Below, piece after piece: positions 22,821 to 33,610 of a stretch of DNA of 64,000 bases (within the stretch, counting starts at the first letter, position 1; each line of letters begins with the position of its first letter). The stretch lies in contig OZ316896.1 of assembly GCA_973895155.1 (NCBI GenBank), positions 20,448,754-20,512,753 of the forward strand, read 5' to 3'. This DNA is from Marsupella aquatica (Eukaryota; Plantae; Marchantiophyta). Made by a program: the position numbers and the translations under genes. Under the pieces are notes generated by a model. That model made no database searches, was not told the DNA's origin, and saw nothing but the letters and a program-made list of their open reading frames with translations.

Positions 22821-25205
22821 GAGACACTTATGGATATTTAAACCAAAAATCTATATCATGGATTGTTCATGTTGTTTCTTAATTAATATTTCATACACCA
22901 TTAGTGTGGTAGGTATTTTCATTTTGGACTCCTACTTTCAAAAGAGGTCATGCATATAAGTGACATGGGTACTCCCTCCCTTATCCCTCCTCCCTCTTTG
23001 AACCCAAACTCTCCTTCCTCTTCCAAAAACTCCATAGCTTTTTCTCCTCCCTCCCTCTTCGCTAAAGTCTCTCCTATTTTTAGTAAACCCTCTTTGGACT
23101 CCCTTCTTCCTCCGTCCCTCATCCACCTTCCAACTCCCTTCCTCCCTCTTTCACCTTTCACCTCCCTCCCTCCTCCTCCCCCATTCAAACTCTAACCTAG
23201 ATGCACACACAAGTCTAACATAAACGTTTGCGAACTGTTTGCGAAACTAAACAAATCCCAACCAAATCGCAATTCTGCCATTTAAACCGTTTCTCAATTA
23301 TTCCATACTATACGCTTCACTATTTTGCGATATCGAGACCATCCCACCTTTACCATCCACATCGTTTCGCACATTTGCCATACAAACCCATCACAAATTG
23401 TTTGAAGCTAACCTTTTCGCAAACATCCTCCAATACTAATTGTTTCACATCATTAATGTTACCGTGGTTTCGGACTTTCGGAGCGGTCGCGGAGCCTTCG
23501 TAATGTGTTTTGTAATCTCTGTAGTTTCGCAAACTATTGTGATACAATAAAGTTCGCAAAATGTTTGCGATGCAAATCGCATGGAAGACCAAAGTTGCGA
23601 TACCACAAGTATCGCAAATTGCGATGCGTATTGAGTCATCAACGGTTTGAAGCATCTGGAATCGCAAATGTGTGTCCGGACTCAAATGAGCTTCGCAAAA
23701 GGGCAAAATATGTTGTAGTGATTAAGAGGCTTTGTATAAATTGCATACACACAATTTTGTTTAACTACTTAGTATAAAATGGTTCCATAACATATGGTGG
23801 TGGCACTCTTTCCCTCAAAAAGAGGTAGGAGGGTTTTAATGAGACCACACCAATGGCTGCCATAGTAAATACTTAATCCATTAAAGTTAGATGTCAACCC
23901 TAGTGTGGTTGCCTTATATCCTATAAAACAACCAAGGGGGAGTGTTATAACCAATGGTTTAGGTTAACATCTAGAGTTTAGGGTATACTTGAATGTACCT
24001 TAGAGTCTTTTGTTTTTAGGAGGGAAAAGGATATTAATAGAATAAAACCCCCAATAAAGCAAAGCTTGCAATTGTTATAACCAATGGTTTAGGTTAACAT
24101 CTAGAGTTTAGGGAAGAGGTAGTTACCATAACTACCCACCATATGTATATACCTCTTGGACCTCTAATGGACATGATCATTCTTGCTGGTGTATTGGTGT
24201 GGCGTTCCATCACAAGGTTACCTACCTTGTAACAGCAATAAGATTGTTGTGGTCAGTGATATTATATCTTTTGGACGGAAGTGATCATGAAAGCAAAGAC
24301 AAGATTCTTTTTGGACTGAAGTGATCTAACAGGTAATTATGGAGACTAGTGTAAAAACAAGATTCACACATCTCTTGGTGTATTAGTCCAGCCCATCCAA
24401 GTTTTGCTTGTCCATGAGCTTCATGGACAAAGTATCTCTCCATCAGGGCTTTATGTACATAGGATAATGGGGGTTTAGTCGCCCGTTACCAGGGTGTAAC
24501 GGGGCGACCAGATTCTGACCAAAGCGAGACCGGCGGTAGCTGGGAGCGCTTTGGGAAGAAGCAGGGAGTGCCGGTGACACCTAGTAACGGGCGATCTTAA
24601 TCCTCTTTACTCTACGTAATTGAGGGTTGGTAAATAGGTTACCAGTAAAAAGCAGTCGACCAATGGGAGAGGGAGTCGAATCTGCACTGTCGAGGAGGTA
24701 TACTAGAGCGCGGCGACTGCAGGCACACCATTCGACTGTTTTAAGTTGGTTTTGATGAGACGGCGCCCGTTGCTCCTGTAGACTCAATGCATTTTCTTTG
24801 TTGGCGGTGCTTTGTGAGTCGATACTCTGTGCATTCTTGCTACTTTATGGTGTGTTGAAGGTGGTGGGAGGTGCAGGCAATGGCGCGAGCTGCAGCTGAT
24901 CAATTTAGGGGGCGGGGGGCACAGACTACTCATTCAAAATTTTCTGAGTTTAAGTTTTCGTAACCCTACTGCTGTGTGTTCAATGCGCTCATTGTTGTGT
25001 TTTCGATGTTGTGTGGTCGACTTTGTATTGGAACCGGCTACTACTTGCAGTGGATTGATTTCTTGCTGCAATTGGTGGGGTCTTTTTCAAGGTGGACAAG
25101 TTCAAATCAGCCTGGGACAAGAGTTTATTGATGGCTTTATCCTTTCTTGCTTCCATTGTTATTTAAGACAACAACACTGCTTTACGCTCATTTGAACCAA
25201 ATGGG

Positions 25206-27344
25206 ATGACATTGTTGGACGTTTTTGATCCTGTGGCCTCCTATTCAGTCATAACTGCAGGGTTGCATTGCTTTATAGAAGGAAGCGAGGGTTATGAGTG
25301 CTTTATGGGAGGAAGCGAAGTGATTGAGGATGTAAACATGGAAGGACTGAGTCCAGACGAAGAGACTAGTGAGATGTTTTTCTTGGACGAGCTTGAGGAT
25401 CCAAGGAACATTGAGTTTCTTTCTAATATACCTTCACCTGTGGTCTTGGCAGGGCCGGATGGTGACGAGAGCTCGGACGGGAGCTCCATTGCGCTTAGCA
25501 TTCCTGGCTTGCGATCGGTTCTAGATCCCTTACTATCTGATGTTGGGAGAGGGGAGGAGAAGCGCCCGTCATATCAGAATCATGACAAATGGGCATTGAA
25601 ATGTGGTGACTCGCTGCGTGCTGCTCTAAAGTGGGACAGTCGATTGCATTGGGAGACTTACCATTAGAGCAGCTTGATGTTCTCTTTAGTAATCTTTTTT
25701 GCAGAGTTATGAAGGTTGATGGTAGCACATGATATCCTAGTTCAACATTGATGAACATGATGAATGGTTTCAACCGTATCATTAGACGGTCAAGCGAACT
25801 CAGATCTGTCAGGGGTCAAGGTAATCTGGTCGAGAAAGGATTTAATATCAACTCGCATCCCCTTTTTGCAAAGACACGGATGGTCTTGCAAGCTGCAGTG
25901 AAGAAATCAGCTTGAGATGGAGTGTATAAGAAATGAAAGAAGGCATGTTCCTTACTTTTCTTCTCCATCTTTGTTTGAGCTTCGAGTTGCTTGATTCTTT
26001 CTCTAGTTTCTTGATCAAGATCTGTTATACAACATCTCATGTGTGTTTTCTGTGGTTTGCAGGCTGAGATAATCACTGAAGAAACGGAGACAGTAGTTCT
26101 GGTAGACATTGACCATCAGATAACCAGTAGCCATGGATGCCAGAAGCGTCTGGCATTCTATTTCTTGGTTTGGCTTGGGACTCGAGGTAGTGCAGAGTTG
26201 TACAATCTGATGAGGAATGACATTTAGATCTGTACAGCCAAATCATGACAAGAATATGTACAGTAAGTGATTGAAGATCTTCAGGATGCTATTAATATTG
26301 TAGTTTCTTCTTGGGGGGGGTCACTTCCATGGAAGTGGCACATCACGTGCGACGAAGTATAAGCCCATTTAAATGGGTGTGGTGGAAGAACACATAGGGC
26401 ATGTTTTATTGACTGGTTGACTTTAAAGAACAATATGCCTATTTAATTGCAAAAAATATTTTCTTTAAAGTTTTTAGGGTTTTTTAATAAAAAATGACAA
26501 TACTTAAAGAAAGAAAGGGCTTTGCAAAAAAATAATTTTCACTTATAAGTTAGGGGGGTCAAACCCTAAAACATCGCACGCGATGTATGGCCCTCCATAT
26601 AGTGACCCCCCCCGAGAATTTCTTGATTTGAGTTAGACATCTAACAAGAGTTCAGTTGGTTTTTGCAGTTTTGAAGAAAGAGAGAGCAAGAACAATTCGT
26701 ACTCCCTTGATTGCTACAATGAAGAGCAATTCCGGAAATCATTTTACAGTTATGAGGATGATTTTGTCCTTTGTGTGAAGCAATATTTGCAACATTTGCC
26801 TCCTCTGGAAGGTGACACAAAACCTGATCTTTTCTTGGGGCCTACTACTAATCCTGTGGGCAATGTGTGGTACAACCGAAAGCATAAGGTTGCTCAGGAT
26901 TGTGCTGGAAAGTGGTTGAGCAATATGCTAAGTCTGGTTGGATTACCACGTGATCTGTTTTCTAACCGTAGTGGAAGATCCACTTTAGTCACTCGGATGG
27001 CTGCTAGAGGAGTACCAGATGAAGTGGGGATGATGATCAGTGGTCATCATACCAATAGTGGATACTCAAGGTATGATCGTACCCAGGAGTTAAAAATGAA
27101 TGTTGCTGTTCTTGTTTCTGCTAACCCGAATGTGGATTATGAGAACGCCTTAATGGAAGTGTCCAAGAAATTCGTGGAGGAGAAGGTCGTTGGAAACTTG
27201 GGTCAGTTGAAACCTCTGATTGATAATATCAGTGCAAAACCAAACCTGCAACTATCACTGATCCATCCAAGACATGAGGTAAGTTGGTGCTTCTTCTGTT
27301 TGCTGTTCGGGTTGTGTTTGGTGTTTTGTGTCTTGATGGCTTGA
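25206..27344 (+). pseudogene. Crypton/DUF3504-type tyrosine recombinase, spliced and decayed
   Basis: Exons approximately 25206-25942, 26063-26262 and 26669-27278. Motifs VMKVDGST*YPSSTL, WLGTRGSAEL (catalytic R), ERESKN, SNRSGRST (H/RxxR) and ISGHHTNSGYSRY (H...Y). Several TGA stops and a frameshift near 25640. Confidence 0.75.
26308..26618. mobile_element. 311-bp MITE with 4-bp TSD in an intron of the recombinase gene
   Basis: TIR TTCTTGGGGGGGGTCACT...AGTGACCCCCCCCGAGAA, flanked by TTTC on both sides (26304-26307 and 26619-26622). Confidence 0.8.
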
Positions 27345-28439
27345 TGTTCAAACTGTTAAATAGTCTACTTGTTGGTGACAGGGATTGAGTGCTGGGAAAG
27401 CATGTGAAGAACTTGCATCAAATAAGATGAAAGACAAGCAGGTTCATAGTGTCAATTTTCAGTGAAATCTAGTTGAGTGTAATGTGTTTGTGATACTGAT
27501 TACCTGTTGTTTCCTCACTGTTTTTACAGGAATCAGATCAGTCAAATGAAAGAGTTCGCTCAATGGACCAAGAGAAAAAGTTGCTTCAATGGCACAAGAA
27601 GTTTGATGAGGTAGACTAGATAGGAGAGATAACAAAGAAAGACCCTGAGTTTGCAGCTCAAACATTTGGTGGAGGCCCCTCTAGTTCTAGTGTTTCTATT
27701 GGTAATAGTGTGTCTGGCAATAGATTCAAAAATTGTACTATCACCTTCGTTGTGAAGGATGATAAGGAAAATAAAACCCCAAAGGAGATCTAATGTAGTC
27801 TTCAATTACTTGTTACAGATTACAGAGTGTAGAACAGACCAGATTGATCGAGGGATTCACTATGTAATGATCCCTTCGATTTGAATAAAGTGTTCATTGT
27901 GATTCAGAGATTACAAAACGATGTAATGGCTGCCCTGGCTGGGTTTTTCGACTAAAGTTTTGAAAGATTATTGAACTGCTGTATAGACTGGATTGAAAGT
28001 GAAATCACCAAGTCCCATTGTTATTGTCTTTTAAGTTTCAAATGACTACAAAACCAAAGTGTAACCTCAACTCAGACAATGATAACGGCAGATTCGAAAT
28101 GGGACTCTTGATCAGGGTTGACAACATATTTGAAATGGATGGATGATTGTATTTGAAATGGATGGATGGTTGTAAAGATTGGACGGAATGTGCCATTTTC
28201 TCAAAGAATATTCTAATTATGTAACCGAATTATGAGATTCCGTAAGGCAATTATGAAGTTCTATAACCCGATTATGAACTCCCTAGGGGGCATTATGAAC
28301 TCAGTCGTGACAGGCTGGAAATTACGGGAAATAGACACCTATGACAAAAAACTTCACAGGACGGTAACCCATATACCAACCCTCTGTTACGTTCAAAACT
28401 GGGACACTAATGTCACTTAGAACATCTTTAGTGATGATT

Positions 28440-31400
28440 GGCTGAACTTTAGTTCAGTAGATGTGATGGGGGCCCAAAAATGGCCCCAAAATACTTTGGT
28501 TTGGTTCCAATATTTTGTTTCCAATACTTTGGTATGCTATACTTTGTCTTTTATAACTAGGCCTCACTTCTTGTCATGATGACTTTATCATTGAGGAGAA
28601 TAAAGTATTTTCCCCACACTATTGTACATGTGTACATTTATTACAATGAGAAAAAAGGAGATGAGAGAGAACATTTAATATTTTGTTTCTTTCTAGAGAG
28701 TGTTTATTGCTATTGAATCCCTTTTGTTTCTTCATTGGGAAAAGGGGTACCTACTTATGTACAACATCTTTGAACAAGGGTGAGTTTTTCTTTTGAAAGA
28801 ATCATACTAAGAATTTATATTTTCTTTTAATCTTTGGAAACACTTAAGGTAAATGAAGGGGATGGATATAAAAGGGAAGTGTACAATTTGTTTTTAAAAA
28901 TCTTTCTTTCAAATTACATCTGTTTTTCCTTACTCTTGGGAGACTAACATACGCTCATTGAAAGCATGGACTAAATATAAGTTAGGTGTGTTTATAATTA
29001 GAGTAGTTATAAAATTAGCATAAGCTAAGTGGGTTAGGTGGGCTTTTAATCAACGTAAGTACAATATTAACATTGATTAGATATGACATTAATAAGAGGT
29101 AAGGGCAAGATTAGCATAAAAGGGAAAAAAATCCCTTAGTCTCCTCACTCTCCTCATTCTCTTTTTCTTCCTCCTCTCACCTCTCCTCTCTCCTCCTCCC
29201 TCTCATTGCCTATTCTTTTGCCTTTTTTTTGCCAAAGCAACCTCAAAGGTATTTGCTAGGGCAAGCGGTGCCATAGGCATTGTTTGCAACCCACCATTTA
29301 CTTAAGTGGTCATGGAGGGACGTGCTCGATCATTAGGGTCGTTCATAGATAAATTTGTATCGCATTCTTTTGGACTAGTGCGAGTTTGCTTTAGCCGGCG
29401 GTAGCAACGACCTAGTCTTTGCTACAAACCCGCCTAAAGCTACTTTATCTAGTGCATTTGGATGTGACTATCTTTTTTGGCTGAACTTTTTTGGTTGAAC
29501 TTTAGTTCAATAGATGTGATGGGGGGCCCAAAATATTTTGGTTTGGTTCCAATACATTGGTATGCTATACTTTGTCTTTTGTAACTAGGCTTCACTTATT
29601 GTCATGATGATTTACATTGAGGAGAGTAAAGTATTTTCCTCAGAGTATTGTACATGTACAAAAGGAGGTGAGAGGGAGCATTTAATGTTTTGTTTCTTTC
29701 AAGAGAGTGTTTATTGCTATTGAATCCATTTTGTTTCTTCCTTGGAAAAGGAGTACCTACTTGTGTAGAGCATCTTTGAAGAAGGGTTACTTCTTCTTTC
29801 CAAAGAATCATAGTGAAAATTTATATTTTCTTTTAATCTTTGGAAACACTTAAGGTAAATGAAGGGGATGAATATAAAAGGGAAGTGGACAATTTGTTTT
29901 TTTTAATCTTTCTTTCAAATTACATCTCTTTTTTCCTTACTCTTGGGAGAGTAACATATGCTGATTGAAAGCATGAATTAATCCGTGGACCCCCATGTTA
30001 TTTTAGAGAGGCAGTTATCTAGAAACTCAAGCCTAGATGGACCTCCAAATTTAAAGGAAAAAAAAACTCAAAAATGGACAAGTCAATGTTTGACACTTGA
30101 AACAGTTGCCAAACTTACCAAGGCAACCATAATTAACATCAATCGCAAAACCAGCTACAATGTGAACTACTGTTTAATGTGCGGGTAGCTTAATTGCCCC
30201 CTTCAACAAAACGGTGCTTGACGGTTTCCTCCACAGTACCAAAGGGATGCTGGATGCACTCAGGTTGCATAGAAAGTAATCACTTTTCAATTCCTACACG
30301 CAGATAGACAAAGAGAAGAGAAATCATCGGTGTCATCAAATCACTAATTTCGCATAATCATTTAAGACAAACAGTTTCATGGAAACAAATCTCCAATTGT
30401 GTTATTCGGAATCCATCGAAAGCTAGAGAAATTTAGAAACTCATGACCACTTTAGTACTTGATAAAATCTCCCAATGTTACACTCATTAGAAAGCTAGAG
30501 AACATTGGAAACTTATAATCTCCTCAAAACTCAACTAAATCTATCAATGTTAGGTTCATTAAAAAACTAAAGAAATTCTAAAATTCATAATCTCCTTAGT
30601 ACGCAATAAAATCTTTCAATTTTAAGTTCATTCTCATGGAAGGGGTCAACATTTCAGGGGTTCTACAACAAAAGATTTCTATTCACGTTGGAGATTATGA
30701 AATCACGGGTAAAATTTATTTTTCAAATCACTTACTCAATTCTCACCTAATGGTGACAATGCTGAGCTCATCAGGACCATTTCTTCAAGATCTTTCCAAC
30801 GCCATATTATACGTGAGTTTTCATTATGAATTGACTCAGCAATGTCAAATCAAAAATTCCTACCGGGAAAATTTATGTTTTGAATAGAATCAAAATGTAA
30901 ATAAAACCGTTACTGGGAACATTTTTTATCTCAATCTTTTGGTCTTTTGATTTGCATGTCAGTTTTTTTTACATTCTTTTTTATGGTATGGCGTCCCAGT
31001 TTTTACGGCAAACTTGCCACAAACACGAATGCAAAAGTCAAATTTATCCAAAAACAAGTCTCTTCCTGTTTGCAGCGTGCCATGATGATGTGGCGCGTTG
31101 TGGAGCTAGGAATTTTGCAAAGGACCCCTAATGGGGGTCCGTAACTAAATATGAGTTAGGTGTGTTTATGATTAGAGTAGTTATAAAATTAGCATAAACT
31201 AAGTGGGTTAGGTGGGCTTTTAATTAACGTAAGTACAATATTAACATTGATTAGGTATGACATCAATTAGATGTAAGGGCAAGATTAGCATAAAAGGGGA
31301 AAAAATCCCTCAGTCTTCTCATTCTTTTTTCTTTTCCTCCTCTCACCTCTCCTCTCTCTCCTCCCTCTCATTGCCTATTATTTTGCCTTTTTTTTGCCAA

Positions 31401-31583
31401 AGCAACCTCAAAGGTATTTGCTGGGGCAACCGATGCCATAGGCATTGTTTGCAACCCACCATTTGCTCAGGTGGTCGTGGAGGGACAGGCTTGATCATTA
31501 GGATCCTTCATAGACAGTTTTTTTATCGCATTCTTTTGAACTACTGCGAGTTTGCTTTAGCTGGTGGTAGTGACGACATAGTC
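28440..31583. repeat. ~1-kb tandem duplication (28440-29415 and 29495-31583), second copy interrupted by an insertion
   Basis: Colinear blocks GAACTTTAGTTCA.TAGATGTGATGGGGG, AGTTAGGTGTGTTTAT and GCGAGTTTGCTTTAGC occur in both copies. Confidence 0.85.
29982..31144. mobile_element. ~1.16-kb non-autonomous insertion with short inverted ends
   Basis: Absent from the first copy of the duplication. GGACCCCCAT near the left end and ATGGGGGTCC near the right end. Flanked by TTAA and CTAA. Confidence 0.6.
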
Positions 31584-32216
31584 GTTGATGGGGTCGGTGG
31601 AACGGGAAAATCTTTCTTGATTGGAGCTATTTCACATGGTATAGCTCGACAAAAAGATCCAAACTTGCCATCCGCATTAATCCAAATTGCACCCACAGGA
31701 GTTGTAGCTCATGCCATAAAGGGCCAAACCTATCATTCAGCCTTAATCACTATATTCATTAACACTGTACTTTTAAAAGTCCATAAGATGAACCCTAAAG
31801 TTAATTTTTTTCAGGCCAAATTTCTATTAAAGCATTCCCAAAAGCTAATTTTTTTCAGCCCAAATATACACTTTTGAACGCCCAAAATTTTGTTTTTTTT
31901 CACCCAAATGTTTAATAATAACTTAAATCATATATTCTAATTAATTTAAAAATTAGAGTAAATTTAATTTAGTCCAAAAATCAGAGGCCAATACCACTCA
32001 GACCATCTATAAATTAAAAAATATAGATGGTCATAAATCAAGGGTCAAAATGAGATTGACCCACTATATAATTATTAAATTGTCCAGTCCAGTGAGAGAG
32101 CCTCACACTAAGCATATATCCTAATTATTTACTTTATCCTACATGTTCAAAACATATCCTTTTAAGACATAATATGAATGTACAATTCAGGGTAGGCACT
32201 AGAGTAACCCTATCTC

Positions 32217-33272
32217 CTAATGATCAAGACAAAACTCATTTGAACAAGAAAGTCTGCTTCCTGATTTATCATAGCGGATGTCACGGTTGCAAGTATCTCT
32301 CGCATGGTGGTTCTTAAACTTATTGGTGAGATCCCTAGTTCTGAGAACTTTCCAAATAAAATGCCTTCTATTTTGTGTATGAGAACCAGAATAGTTGTCT
32401 CCAAGTATTACGTTTGCAGTTTCTTCAATCTCATCCGTGGTCCACGTCTCCAGTGGTGGGTAATGCTTCACCTCGTTCTTTCCGTCCCAAGGAATCTCTT
32501 CAGGAGTCACATCCAAGATGGTTCCAAACTCCCTATGGATACAACGACAATCTCCCCACTTCTGTTCCAAAAGAGCATAGATGGCAGCATGATCCTCCTT
32601 GCTTGTTAATAAATTGAAAGCAGACCACTTTGGATTGTTGACAGTGATATAATGTTGAACGCAGTAAGCCTTTCTCAATTTGCAAAGATACGGCCATAAT
32701 ATGTCGGGCAAAAAAGTGTCATTTGAAGCTGTGTGAGTAAATGGATTTGGAAACAATGCATTCACGTCATAATTCAAAAATGCCTTCAATGTAGAATCAT
32801 CAATAAGAACTGTATTAGAAGCATCATATTTTTCTGGAAAACGGTCCCAAATGGTTTGCAAATTCTTCAGAAGTAAATTGGCCTTCCCATCTGTTATATC
32901 TGGCATTTGGATGCAACTATCAAAGGTATCTTCTTGAGTAAAGACAAACTTGAACTTTTGTTGCTCCTTCTCAGTGAAAATCAACTCCATTAAGTCCATT
33001 GTTTTTGGCCTCCTTGCACAGGTCCAAATTGCGACGTCAAAAACCATGAAAGTTGCATATAGAAATTCGTGGAGGTATGGGCGCTCCACATACATGAAAT
33101 TAAACCCTCCACGTCTCCCCCAGTGCACACCACGTAAACTTGTCTGATTTCGCCATGGTCCTGAGCTTCTGGTCTTAATGCAATCCCAACAAATCTTGTT
33201 AAGGTCAAGAACCAAGAGCTTTCGCCGGATCGGAGAGTGTAGTATTGGAGTGAATTCTGGAAACATTAACAT
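32217..33272 (-). CDS. FCP1/NIF-family HAD phosphatase-like protein (transposon cargo)
   Basis: 351-aa open frame with KLLVLDLNKI, ERPYLHEFL, FDVAIWT, LLKNL..IW and NTVLIDDSTLKA..N..NALFP. C-terminal Cys/His cluster. The DxDxT motif is altered to DLNKI. Confidence 0.8.
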   Translation of the reverse strand: MLMFPEFTPILHSPIRRKLLVLDLNKICWDCIKTRSSGPWRNQTSLRGVHWGRRGGFNFMYVERPYLHEFLYATFMVFDVAIWTCARRPKTMDLMELIFTEKEQQKFKFVFTQEDTFDSCIQMPDITDGKANLLLKNLQTIWDRFPEKYDASNTVLIDDSTLKAFLNYDVNALFPNPFTHTASNDTFLPDILWPYLCKLRKAYCVQHYITVNNPKWSAFNLLTSKEDHAAIYALLEQKWGDCRCIHREFGTILDVTPEEIPWDGKNEVKHYPPLETWTTDEIEETANVILGDNYSGSHTQNRRHFIWKVLRTRDLTNKFKNHHARDTCNRDIRYDKSGSRLSCSNEFCLDH

Positions 33273-33610
33273 AAGCCCTTAGTCAATGCGACTCAAAGTT
33301 TAAACAATTACTACGGAGGAAAACTCTCAAAATTTGAAATCAAACAAACTTTGTTATAGCATTTGAAGTAGAGAGGAACGACCCTGGGGCGACCCTCCTA
33401 GAAAAACATTAATTACATTCAATTGCCATTTTTTAGATCCAAAGTATACCTGGGTCAAACCCTTCCTCCATAGCAACGCTTTCCGAGGGAATGCCAACAA
33501 AATCCTTTGAGGAAGGAGATTCTACGACGGAACTTTGGTGTGTAAAAAAGTATATTATTACAAAGATAAAGCTTAGATTGTCATTAAAATACCAAGAACC
33601 AAAGAAAGGG

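Larger units (their letters stand above)
14063..23720 (+). mobile_element. Complete CACTA (En/Spm) DNA transposon, 9658 bp
   Basis: TIRs CACTACAACA...TGTTGTAGTG plus a shared CCTTTTGCGAA. 3-bp TSD ATT at 14060-14062 and 23721-23723. Dense TTGCGA/TCGCAA subterminal repeats. Contains a TnpD-type transposase. Confidence 0.95.
11676..24234 (+). mobile_element. Non-autonomous Ty1/copia-type LTR retroelement with 162-bp LTRs, interrupted by a CACTA element
   Basis: 5' LTR 11676-11837 and 3' LTR 24073-24234 (TG...CA, 1 mismatch). 5-bp TSD GCAAT at 11671-11675 and 24235-24239. PBS CGTTATCAGCACG at 11838-11850. PPT AAGGGGGAG ending at 23942. About 2.4 kb of internal sequence with no long ORF. Confidence 0.9.

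Noticed and set aside
31257-31877. 206-aa ORF as a single gene
   Set aside because: It is a chimera of duplicated non-coding DNA, a PIF1 fragment and the Sola-like left TIR.
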